64,000 nucleotides of DNA from the human T2T-CHM13v2.0 reference genome, Homo sapiens, in assembly GCF_009914755.1 (NCBI RefSeq), contig NC_060933.1, one strand, 5' to 3'. Below the pieces are notes generated by a model that was given only the letters and a program-made list of their open reading frames with translations, did no database searches and had not been told where the DNA came from. Every line of letters starts with the position of its first letter. The stretch's first letter is position 1. This document shows positions 1 to 15,455 of this stretch, one piece after another. A program made the translations under genes and the position numbers.

Positions 1-249
1 TGGTGTCTGGCTCATTCAGAGTCACTGCCCCCATACTCCACCCAGAATCAGAGTCGCCAGATGTCAGATTGAGGACAGTGGAGTCCATTTAGTCCATCGG
101 TTTTCTAAAGCACAGATGAATGATAGAAGAATGACTAAAGCTCAGCATGATTCCAGAATTCTGGCACTGCCAGGTATGCATGTATAGCCTCTTTAGATGT
201 CAGTCTTCTCAGAAAATGGGTTTACACTAGATAGTTGCTTTGGGTATCA

Positions 250-735
250 GTTAATTTTAGTGGCTCAACAGTCCTTGTTTTTGCCTTTTCCCCTCTTTGG
301 TAATAATGTCCCATTCACTTTTGGAGAATCTCCTGTCCCTCAATCTTAGTCACTTGGTTTGGGTAGGACTAACCCTTCTGCTCAGGGTGGACATGTCCCT
401 CGGGCTTGCTAGTCAGAGTGACAGTTGTTGGTTAGGGCATCATACCTGATCTAGTCTCCACCAATGAGAACCAGGTTAGGGTCTTGCTGTCTCTCGATGA
501 GGGTTGTTTAGCTGCTAAGATATGAACTTGTTGCTGGGAGGGTCATATGTAAAGAGAATCTGCCTGAGAATAAAGTCATATGGAGGAAAGGAGAGCTAAA
601 AGATGGGGAGGCAGAGTCTGAATGCCATCTTCTGAGGCCCTGGATCCAGGATCAATAGCCAAGCAGATTTCTTCTTTGTATTAAAACTGGTTCCAGTTAA
701 ATTTTGGTCACTTGCAACCTAATAAGTCCTAAGAC
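250..735 (+). mobile_element. Old ERVL-MaLR LTR (MLT1K/L-like)
   Basis: MLT1-type motifs (ctgcctgagaataaag, gaggccctggatcca) and 3' end gtcacttgcaacc...gtccta; boundaries approximate. Confidence 0.65.
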
Positions 736-1585
736 AAAATCCTTTGGGTATTTCAGTGTTAAAATTGCATAGCTTCGTGAAGAAGGAATCAACAGTAACA
801 GATGCATTCACATATATAGAGGAAATTGTGAAATTCCACTGTCTTAGAATGATGTCTTTAATAGCTCTCTGAATATTTCTCATTATTTTTATTCCCTGAA
901 GATACATAGCAAGTTCTAGTGCTTTGGAAATGAGTTTCTACTTTTTAAGAGAGCATCCTACACATGTCAGTTATATACTCTTTAGCCCTGAATCATTAGA
1001 GGAAGTACAGGAGTGAAGGTGGGAATATGGGCATGCCATCATATTTTTAGCAGCTTTATAAATGTATGCATTAGATTTATTCAATTAATAGTTGTCTTAA
1101 CAGGTTGGGCAATTTTATCATTAACTCAAGGTTTCATTCATTTACAATATCATTTCCTCATTAAATATTCTTTAAGAGGATTTCAGTTGAGTAAGACTAT
1201 TTAAAATGAGGCACCATACACCTTTTCCCTTTAATGAATTTATTCCTTTTTCAGGAATTAATTAAAATCAGTTGTGGAGAAGAGATATGCAGTAAATGAA
1301 TAAAGTAGTGTCTGGGCAAATGTAAAGGAGTAACTGCCATTAACTGAAATGAAGCACATTCCAAAGGCAACTTGTTAATGGAGAATTTTCATACTTAGAT
1401 GCACCAACAAGAAGTTCATTACTCAATGAAATTACACTCATCTGAGACTACTATTTCCCTCTTCCTCCTTCCTTTCCTCTTTCTCACTTTCCCTCTTTTC
1501 CTCCCTTCTCTCATCCCTTCCTTCCTTAATTTCACTCTTTCTCTTAAATAAAGTAAATTGGCTTCATTACTATTCCAAGACAAGC

Positions 1586-1641
1586 CTTTTCTTTCTTTCT
1601 TTCTCTTTTCTTTTCTTTTCTTCTTTCTTTCTTTCTTTCTG

Positions 1642-1692
<51 letters not shown>

Positions 1693-1709
1693 CTTTCTTT
1701 CTTTCTTTC
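1586..1709. repeat. (TTTC)n microsatellite
   Basis: Direct reading; explains the F/L/S-rich ORF 1558..1758. Confidence 0.95.
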
Positions 1710-2809
1710 AGAGCTTGAACCTTCTAAGATACAAAATAGTCATAAATTATCTTGCTAAATCCAGAGCCTTCATTCTTGGAAAGGCATGGTAAAGAGAAGA
1801 TACCAGAATGGGGAAAGAGCTGAATTTTCAAACTAGAGGAAACATCCTTTCAAATTTAATTCACAAACTGGGAATGGAAATGTCATTTCCTCACTCAGAG
1901 GGTTAATCACTTTCTAATTTGAACCGGCAAATATTATAATGACACTATGAAATTAGCAGCATTTTATTGTGTTAATTATCTGCAGGACACGATATCATTA
2001 CTTCTAATAAATGTAAATGAGATTGTGTCTCCTAGGACAATACACAGACAAGGTGAATTTTTATTGGCTATTTACAGGATTCCAGGACAGTCTTTCTTCT
2101 TTTTTCTCTCCTTATAAAATACTTTCAAACAGTATCATCTTGCCATGCCAATACTCCTATATTTTATTTAATACAATATTTTAAAGGTCATTAAAGTTCT
2201 CCTTAACTCACTGGAACTCATTTTCACTCAAAGCAATGTTGATTATTAAAAACCATGTCAAGTGTTAACTCAATCGACTAAGACTGAGAACCGCAGCCCT
2301 ACTGTAAGAATATTTTTAAAATTCATTCTTTTAAAGGCATTTTAAAAAGTGTTGCTCATCTGCCCACTTGATTCAACTACCAATGGCAGAAAGGACATGA
2401 AGTTGTGTTTTTCCAAATCATTCAGCAAACATGACAGTTAACAAATACACAGTGCTGTGTCAATCAAAGTTGTCAAATGCTGTTGGGGACCTACTCTAAG
2501 GGAGTCACCACATAAGGCTGCAGACAGTGTGAAGAAAAGTAAGAGGTAGTTTTTAGATTGAAAAAGTAGCAAGCTCAGAGAGAAAGGAACACAGATATAG
2601 ATATAATTGACTAAAGAGAAAATATAAGAAGCACCCTATAACACAAATAAAGAGATATTAAGATGCAAGGGACATTAGTCACCTCCTAATTATGAACATT
2701 AGCATAAAAATTTGTCATTTAAGATGAGATTTGAACAGAAAATTCAGATCTCGATAGCCTGAGATATGGAGAGGGCAGGAAGATAATGAGTGATAGTTGT
2801 TTTAACAAT

Positions 2810-3420
2810 AATTGCCATCAATTGAACAACTAACTACCATGTGCTAACACATTCTATACATTAACATTCATTATCCTAAAAGGATTATGATATAAATATA
2901 ATTCCTATTTTATAGATGAGGAAATTGAGGACAAGGAGATTGAATAACATACCCATGTTCACACAGAAGCAACTAGGAGAGAGTCAAATTTCTAACCCAT
3001 TTCTGTTTATTGTAAAATCCTGTTTTGTTTTCAGTATATGATGCTGCATCTAAAAGCAAAGTTTGATATTAGGTATTTTCATGATAGGTAACCAATCAAT
3101 GTGGACTATAATTTTGAGAATAAGAGGGAAACTCAGGTGTAATTCAAATCCTGGCTCCAAAATTCCAAATTACGTAATACTGAAATTCATGTAGTCTTTC
3201 TCACCATCTCTGTTTCTCCCTTTCTCTCTCTCTCTTGCTATCTCTCTCTCTCTCATTTCTCTCTCTCTTGCTCTCTCTCATCTCTCTCTCTGTAAGTCTG
3301 TTTTCTCATGTTTATAAATGGGGAGAATAGCAGTTAACTACAGGATTGAGGTAAGAATTATTTGAGACAATGCAAGCACTTAGCATTGTGTCTGGCACTC
3401 ATTAAAGGTTGTAGTTATTA
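2810..3420. mobile_element. Two MIR SINE fragments in opposite orientation; (CT)n tract at about 3205-3292 inside the second
   Basis: MIR core attttatagatgaggaaattgagg and its complement-like ttttctcatgtttataaatgggga. Confidence 0.7.
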
Positions 3421-3621
3421 TTATGGTTGCTGCTGATTGTTGTTGCTGTGGTTGTTATCGTAGTAGTGGTAAAGAAAGATGTTCCTGTCTCTCGCAGAGT
3501 TTGTTTCCTTTCTCATTTTAGTCAGGTGCGGTGCCCACCTTTCAACCATGTCAACGTTTTAGGTCATTTTGTACTGAGTGTGAGGATTAAAAATAAATAA
3601 TTGATCTGAGCTAGGGCAGAG

Positions 3622-3940
3622 CTGTGATTTGAATGTTTGACCCCTCCAAAACGCAGGTTCAAATTTAATTTGCGATGTAACACTGTGAAGGGTTGGGGCC
3701 CTTAAGAAGTAATTACACGGTTATAAAAGGGTGGGTTCAGCCTCCTTTTGCCTCTCGTTGTCCCTCTTTGCTTTTCTGCCTTCTGTTATGTGATGATACA
3801 GCAAGAAGACCCTCACAAGATGCCGGCAACTTGATCTTAAACTTCTCAGCCTTAAGAATTTTGAGAAAATACATTTCTGTTCATTACAAATTACCCAATC
3901 TTGGGTATTTTGTTATAGCGACACAATTGAACTCAGATAG
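3622..3940 (+). mobile_element. MST-family MaLR solo LTR
   Basis: tttgaatgtttgacccctccaaaac start; gacccTcacaagatgccggc...ttgatctt; aaattacccaatcttgggtattttgttatagc end. Confidence 0.8.
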
Positions 3941-4989
3941 CTACTATATTCTTTCTAACTTTTGCAAACTTAAATGAAAGAAGAAATTTGAAATTAGCAA
4001 CTAAAATTACCCTTCAATATTATCAAACCAAGCAATAAATATGTAGGCAGTGCCCATAGTGCTCGTTGCCACACCAGATGACTGTGGTTATACAGAGAAA
4101 ATTGAACGTGCCTTTGCCATCAAGGAAATTGCCATTTAGTTGGTCAGATAAGACAAGCATGCAAACAATGAAGTAGTAATAGAAACTGGCTTATAATCAA
4201 TGGCTTAACTACAAAACATAAACCACAGATATTACAGAAGACAGAGGTAAGTGGAGTGGAGGGAGGAGGATGGCCCCTTGGTGGAGGTGGAACTTAAAGT
4301 ATACCTCATAAGGTAAAAATAAGGTTGAATAAATGGTGTGTGGCTCCATATGGATTACATTTGTCGAACATTTATTACTATGGCATTATAATTATTTCTG
4401 TTGTGAAATTATCAGAATAAATTATCTATTCTCACAGAATTAAGCTATGCTGAAGATTTGGTGGAATGTTTTGAGTTAAGTAAAATATGACTAAGAGCAT
4501 CACAGAAATACAAGTTTTGTGGCACTAAGATAAAACCCAACAATTCTATAGCTAATAAATTTCCTGTTCATACATGAAAAAGACATATAATGGAAAATTA
4601 CTAATGTTAATTGTTAAACCTAGCAGCTCAGGTTATACAAGCTATTAAAACTATGCAGTGGGTGGGAGTAGGTAGAAGGAAATAAAAGCAAGAAAATTTT
4701 CTACTCATATTTAAAAATAAATAATTGGATTTGTTTCCTCCTTTATTTCATGTGTTCATACATTGAAGGAACAACAATTTTGGAAAACTGAGTTATCTAT
4801 TCAGCATCATTTTTACAAAGGTAAGCAGTTGTAGGATATAAAACAAAATAAATATTTTCCTATTTAATAAAGAAAAACTTCTTTTAGTGAAGTAAATCAT
4901 AAAATATAAAAGTATAAACTAGCATGTTGATTGACAACATAAATATGTGTAACAAAGTCTGTATGTAAGAACAATGACTTTCAGAATGA

Positions 4990-5490
4990 TAAAACATAAC
5001 ATGTTATTAGCTAATAGTTTAATTGACAAGCAAATATAAAAAGAGTTAAAAGTCTTTATTTTAAGGTACAAAGAAAGATTCTGAGATTTGGTCTACAATC
5101 TACAAGGGATACAAACAAAACAAAGTGATTCAGGAATGTTAAGAACATGGCCAGGCAAATGCAAACCCTAGGGAGGCATGAAAGATGACATTTATTTAAA
5201 GCAAAATGGAACCTGAATTTCCCTCAGGTATTGGTAAGTAGAGTCATAGTATGTTGGTTAACAGCAAAATTCACAATGAAGATATAACTGTCAGGGATTT
5301 GTATGTGGCTAATTACATGTAATCACAATATATGAAACAATTGTTTTTAAGCATTTTTAAAAGTTGACAGTTTGGCAAAACAAACATTACTACTTGCCTT
5401 ACTAATTCTACAATAGTAGTTAATGTTATCATATCATTATAGCAAAATATTTTTTGAAGAAAAATATCAGGTTACAAAAGAATATATTCA
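4990..5490 (+). mobile_element. Ancient L1M(E) fragment (degenerate ORF2 endonuclease region)
   Basis: Degenerate match to L1 EN motifs (caggcaaatgcaaac; aattcacaatgaagatataac...ttgtatgtggctaat). Confidence 0.55.
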
Positions 5491-5491
5491 G

Positions 5492-5890
5492 TGTATGGCA
5501 GAAACTGGCAAACCCATTTTCTTTTCTTCCTGGGCACACAGATTAACAATGTTTTCCATCCTGCTTTGATTTGGATAGGCAACTTTGGTGGAGTCCTAGC
5601 CAATGGAATGAGAATGGAATTAATCCATGTCACCTCTAGGCCTATACTTCAACCCTCCCACATGAAATTTCACACGCTTCTTGTTCTTTAGTGGGAACAC
5701 AGAAACCCTGGAAGCTCTCTGGTGAGAACTGCAGAGCCACAGGGTGGAAGTAGTCCAGGTCCCTCATCTTGCTGATCATGCATACCTGTTTTAGACATTA
5801 TGCAAGAGAGACCTAAATCTCTATGGTGTTTAAGCCATTGTACTTTTGGGGGCTGGGCTTTATAGCAACTTGTGTGACCTTAACTAATAA
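5492..5890 (+). mobile_element. MLT1 (H/I/J-like) MaLR LTR, followed by (TG)n at 5908-5960
   Basis: ttcttcctgggcacaca, ctagccaatggaatg, tttaagccattg motifs. Confidence 0.7.
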
Positions 5891-6339
5891 AGACTATATG
5901 ACTACAATGTGTGTGGGTGTGTGTGTGTGTGTCTGTGTGTGTGTCTGTGTATGTGTGTGAGACAGAGACAATATTAGCATATGGTTGTCTGTGTTTTCAT
6001 ACATATTATACTTTATCACAATTATCTGCTCCCATGACCATATGGATGTATTTTTAATTACATGAAAATAAAAATTGCGTTTATCTTTGGGTGACATGAC
6101 TAAGAAGAATTCTGTTTTTATATTTATTTTTATTTTTCATATTTTCTACAAGAAACTTGTTTTACATTTATAATGAAAAAGTATTAACTTACTAAATTTT
6201 TAAACACAAGAAAAAGCGGTCTCCCCCTTCAGATATCTTTTAAGTGCTGAGACAAACTTATCATACGTTAATGACTTGTGAATAAACATACATGTCTTAA
6301 GAGCTTTTAAGAGCTTACTAATCACAGTAAGAACTAGTT

Positions 6340-6800
6340 ATTCTTTCATTTATTCATCAAACATTGATTGAATACCAATTATTTGTCCAGCTCTAGGCCA
6401 GATACAAAAGATACACATTGACCCAGAAGATAGTCATTTACAGCGAAAGCAAATTCTCTACTCCCTGCGCTCACAGTCTATTATGACAGATAGTTATATA
6501 AACACAACAGAGCCATGTAATGAGTAATTTCCAACTGGAGTTCAGTGTAGGCTAGTGGTAGCCCAAACAAGATAATAAATAACTAACTCTGTTTTAAGAA
6601 TCAAGGTGATTCTCACAAAAGAAGACCCTTGAGCTCTGTTTCGAAGCATAAATGAGTTAGCCAAGTGGATATACAGAAAAGGCCCAGCACCTTTGCAGAT
6701 GCAGAGCAAAGAGCTTAAGAATGGCTAAAGTGTTGCTCCATGCAAGGAGGGTCTGGGAAAATATGAGGTGAGAGATGGATTTAGGTTGGAGACAGGTCAC
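6340..6800 (-). mobile_element. L2 3' fragment
   Basis: ttcatttattcatcaaacattgattgaatacc L2 tail signature. Confidence 0.65.
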
Positions 6801-7189
6801 CAAGCCATCATATGGCCAGAATAGACAGGAACCGCGATCAAATTGGCATTATGGGAAGATATCTTTGTCAGAGTAAGAAATGGTTGTAGAGAGGCTGGAG
6901 GCTGGGCAAGGTGGTTCACAGGTTCAGACCCATCTCAGGCAAGAGATGGACAAGTAGAGTGCAGGGTCCATTTCTTTGGGCATTTCCCAGAGCATCCGGG
7001 GAAAATCCCTTATAAACAAATTTGAAAGAAAACAAACAAATTGGTAGTGAGGATGAAAGACAGAAATGATGCACTTTGTTATTACAATTTAGTAACTTTG
7101 CAGATACACATCTTGGCTCTCATTGTTGTGTATTATCATTAAGTCAAGTACATGGAAACAAGGTTAAAGCTAATCTCGGTAAAAGTCTG

Positions 7190-7625
7190 CAGTAGTTGTC
7201 TAGGGCTGCATTAACAAATCACCACCAGTTTGGTGGCTTAAATCAAGAAAAATTTATTTCCTCACATTTCTGGAGGGCAGAGTCCAAAATCAAGGTGTTG
7301 GCAAAGTCACAGTCCGTCTGGGGGCTTTACAGGGGAGTCCTTTCCATGCCCATCTCCTTGCTCCTGGTGGCTGCCAGAAATGCTCGTGTTGCTTGGTTTG
7401 TGACTGAATCACCCCAAGCTCTGCCTTTGTCTTTACATCCTCTTCTCCTCTCTGTGTGTCTTTTAATGAGGACCCTTGCCATTGTTTCAGGGTTCCCCCA
7501 GAAAAGCAGGATGATCTCAAGTCCTTAACTACATCTGCAGAAACTTTTTTCTGAAAAAAACTAACATTTACAGGTTCAGAGAGGGATGTAGATATCTTTT
7601 GTGGGGACACCATACAACCCTCAAA
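7190..7625 (-). mobile_element. MLT1B/C MaLR LTR
   Basis: gggctgcattaacaaatcaccac...tccaaaatcaaggtgttggca...ccttaactacatctgca. Confidence 0.85.
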
Positions 7626-9857
7626 GGGGTAGAGCCTCATAGCCAGAAATAATATGTGAAACTGTGACTGGTTAGAGTACTTATAAGCCGTTTGAGGGCA
7701 GGATCTGTGTTTTTTGCCTTGGATAGCAGCCAGGAGCTTGCGGATCACATAGTGGAGATTTGACAAAGCCAAGGCTGGAACCTTGGTTTTGGAATTCAAC
7801 AGTAGTTTAGGTTAGATTCATTGAAATAGATGCTGCAGCTAAACATCACAGCTCCTCTCCCTTCTGAGAATTTAATGGCAGTGCATTCATCTTCCCTCAA
7901 AAAGCAGCTCTCCACATCTGAGCAGGCAGTTTCACGTGAACTCATGAAAATGTCTTCTGTAAGCCTCAAATTAATTGTGTTATATAGAAAGAGACTCTGT
8001 CATATTGCTCTTTGCCCAGATTTGTCTTATGAAATATAGGATCTCATCCTGGGATCTCCAGCCTGCTGATGTCAAGCTTCCAAACCTTACAGGCATCTAA
8101 GTGAAACCTTTTCTTGAAACTTGTTCCAGCAGAAATGCATAGCCCAATGCACAGGGTTCCTCTTTCACTGGCATGTGTGTTTATGTGTGTGTGCACACAC
8201 ACACACATACACACACACTACTCACCCCCCACCCCCCCGGGTTAATGACACTCCTGGTTGATTTATTGATTGTCTATAACACCACTGGCTTTTCTTGACG
8301 CACTTGTGATCTTCCCAGTTGTAAGTGCCACCCCTAGTGGAAAGTTGCCCCCAAACTGGGATTTTTTGATTGCTGTTTGACTTCCTCAACTTGACTGGTC
8401 AGGGCTGAACCTTCTCAGCTTCCCTGGAATAAGCTTCTAAAGCCTTTTCCCTCCAAAGCATCTGTAAACAGTTGAAGGTCATGATTGTTCACCCTGTAAG
8501 ATCGATATGCCATTAAATTGTGACAAAAAGGACTGCCAGACCATTAAGGCCTCCCTCATACCCTCAGTAATCTGATAAAATGATGAGCTGTTTTAACCTC
8601 TTTGGCTCCCATTGCTAACTACGTAGAAAACTCCTAACTGCTGAGATAACCCTTTCTGCAAAGTCAGGACGTCTCACAAATGACTGAAGCTGATTTTGAG
8701 CTCCTTCTCCTATTTTTTCTGCTATTGTGCTATTTTTTTCATTTTATCTTTTTTTTTGTGTCCACACAGTCTAAAGTCTAGTGTTATTCTTAAAACTATT
8801 TTGACTCAAAACTATTTTATTCTAAAATGAACCAGCTACTCGAGAGCCTCCTCACATAGATAAATGAGTCAACTTCCTAATGGTTAACAGACAAAAATAG
8901 AACTATTCATGAGAACTTCAAATGGCACAGGTCTAGAGCATCTGAAACACATGAGATTTGCCTAAATTGAACCAATCTTGGATGTATGGTAAGTTTACAA
9001 TATTGAATTCTGTTGAATTTCTGTCTATTCTATTCTCTTAGTGTAAAAGGTAAGAAGGAAAAGATAGGGTTTTGATAAATGGGAGAAAAAGCGATTTTTG
9101 TGATCTGAAAATAATTTTAATGGATTTAAGTATTCTGGGAACCATTTGAAATTTAAATCTGGACACTCCAAGTCTTGCTTGACATTACAGAGTGAGCTCA
9201 TGTATTATTTGAAGTTAATTTTATCCAGAGAGTGCCAAAATCAACTGCTACTATGAACTGATATCCAATGTGTTTGAAAACTCTGTGACTGTTTAGCCAG
9301 ATAAAGTTGATCTCACCCTTTTTACTAATGCTTAAGTTATCTGATATCCAAATCATATTTTATAATTTTTGTTTCCAGCTTAGAATTTCCTTGCCAGCCA
9401 AGTTGGCTCTTGTAAACTACCTAATGTAATCACAATGCAGCGTTTAGACTTTATACCTAATGTGTATACACACACAGTTATGTGCGTGCACACACACACA
9501 CAAAGCGCACACACACACACACACAACAACACTGGTATTGTCTCTTCTGAACTAGTCCAAAAAATATATATCATCTGGGCTGCAAAATCATGGTTGAAAT
9601 CCACTGCTTCATATTTATTGTTATTTATTAATTCTTTTTATTTTCTTTTATTATTATACTTTAAGTTTTAGGGTACATGTGCACATAGTGCAGGTTAGTT
9701 ACATATGTATACATGTGCCATGCTGGTGCGCTGCACCCACCAACTCGTCATCTAGCATTAGGTATATCTCCCAATGCTATCCGTCCCCCCTCCCCCTACC
9801 CCACAACAGTCCCCAGAGTGTGATGTTCCCCTTCCTGTGTCCATGTGATCTCATTGT

Positions 9858-13690
<3,833 letters not shown>

Positions 13691-13753
13691 GATGATGTTA
13701 GCTGGTGATTTTGCTCGTTAGTTGATGCAGTTTCTTCCTCGTCTCGATGGTCT

Positions 13754-14770
13754 TTACATTTTGGCATGATTTTGCAGCGGCTGGTACTGGTTGTTCCTTT
13801 CCATGTTTAGCGCTTCCTTCAGGAGCTCTTTTAGGGCAGGCCTGGTGGTGACAAAATCTCTCAGCATTTGCTTGTCTGTAAAGTATTTTATTTCTCCTTC
13901 ACTTATGAAGCTTAGTTTGGCTGGATATGAAATTCTGGGTTGAAAATTCTTTTCTTTAAGAATGTTGAATATTGGCCCCCACTCTCTTCTGGCTTGTAGG
14001 GTTTCTGCCGAGAGATCCGCTGTTAGTCTGATGGGCTTCCCTTTGAGGGTAACCCGACCTTTCTCTCTGGCTGCCCTTAACATTTTTTCCTTCATTTCAA
14101 CTTTGATGAATCTGACAATTATGTGTCTTGGAGTTGCTCTTCTTGAGGAGTATCTTTGTGGCGTTCTCTGTATTTCCTGAATCTGAACGTTGGCCTGCCT
14201 TGCTAGATTGGGGAAGTTCTCCTGGATAATATTCTGCAGAGTGTTTTCCAACTTGGTGCCATTCTCCCCATCACTTTCAGGTACACCAATCAGACGTAGA
14301 TTTGGTCTTTTCACATAGTTCCATATTTCTTGGAGGCTTTGCTCATTTCTTTTTATTCTTTTTTCTCTAAACTTCCCTTCTCGCTTCATTTCATTCATTT
14401 CATCTTCCATCGCTGATACCCTTTCTTCCAGTTGATCGCATCTGCTCCTGAGGCTTCTGCATTCTTCACATAGTTCTCGAGCCTTGGTTTTCAGCTCCAT
14501 CAGCTTCTTTAAGCACTTCTCTGTATTGGTTATTCTAGTTATACATTCTTCTAAATTTTTTTCAAAGTTTTCAAGTTCTTTGCCTTTGGTTTGAATGTCC
14601 TCCCATAGCTCAGAGTAATTTGATCGTCTGAAGCCTTCTTCTCTCAGCTCGTCAAAGTCGTTCTCCATCCAGCTTTGTTCCATTGCTGGTGAGGAACTGT
14701 GTTCCTTTGGAGGAGGAGAGGCGCTCTGCTTTTTAGAGTTTCCAGTTTTTCTGTTCTGTTTTTTCCCCGT
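13754..14770 (-). CDS. L1 ORF1p; 338-codon frame open but initiator mutated ATG>ACG; next ATG at 14683 gives 309 aa
   Basis: ORF track 13754..14683 is ORF1p (coiled coil, RRM, CTD, ending NHAKM); upstream in-frame ACG GGG AAA AAA CAG at 14770. Confidence 0.9.
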   Translation of the reverse strand, partial: TGKKQNRKTGNSKKQSASPPPKEHSSSPAMEQSWMENDFDELREEGFRRSNYSELWEDIQTKGKELENFEKNLEECITRITNTEKCLKKLMELKTKARELCEECRSLRSRCDQLEERVSAMEDEMNEMKREGKFREKRIKRNEQSLQEIWNYVKRPNLRLIGVPESDGENGTKLENTLQNIIQENFPNLARQANVQIQEIQRTPQRYSSRRATPRHIIVRFIKVEMKEKMLRAAREKGRVTLKGKPIRLTADLSAETLQARREWGPIFNILKEKNFQPRISYPAKLSFISEGEIKYFTDKQMLRDFVTTRPALKELLKEALNMERNNQYQPLQNHAKM

Positions 14771-15209
14771 CTTGGTGGTTTTATCTACTTTTGGTCTTTG
14801 ATGATGGTGATGTACAGATGGGTTTTTGGTGTGGATGTCCTTTCTGTTTGTTAGTTTTCCTTCTAACAGACAGGACCCTCAGCTGCAGGTCTGTTGGAGT
14901 ACCCTGCCGTGTGAGGTGTCAGTGTGCCCCTGCTGGAGGATGCCTCCCAGTTAGGCTGCTCGGGGGTCAGGGGTCAGGCACCCTGCCGGTTCTCAGATCT
15001 CCAGCTGCATACTGGGAGAACCACTGCTCTCTTTAAAGCTGTCAGACAGGGACATTTAAATCTGCAGAGGTTACTGCTGTCTTTTTGTTTGTCTGTGCCC
15101 TGCCCCCAGAGGTGGAGCCTACAGAGGCAGGCAGGCCTCCTTGAGCTGTGGTGGGCTCCACCCAGTTCGAGCTTCCAGGCTGCTTCGTTTACCTAAGCAA
15201 GCCTGGGCA

Positions 15210-15455
15210 ATGGCGGGCGCCCCTCCCCCAGCCTCGCTGCCGCCTTGCAGTTTGATCTCAGACTGCTGTGCTAGCAATCAGCGAGACTCCGTGGGTGTAG
15301 GACCCTCCGAGCCAGGTGCGGGATATAATCTCGTGGTGCGCCGTTTTTTAAGCCCGTCGGAAAAGCCCAGTATTCAGGTGGGAGTGACCCGATTTTCCAG
15401 GTGCCGTCCATCACCCCTTTCATTGATTAGGAAAGGGAACTCCCTGACGCCTTGA
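15210..15455 (+). CDS. L1 antisense ORF0 (81-aa version)
   Basis: MAGAPPPASLPPCSLISDCCASNQRDSVGVGPSEPG... open from ATG 15210; splice donors CAG|GT after 15315 and 15400. Confidence 0.8.
   Translation: MAGAPPPASLPPCSLISDCCASNQRDSVGVGPSEPGAGYNLVVRRFLSPSEKPSIQVGVTRFSRCRPSPLSLIRKGNSLTP

Noticed and set aside
8325-8342. CTCF-like TGCCACCCCTAGTGG
   Set aside because: Two extra bases break the core spacing
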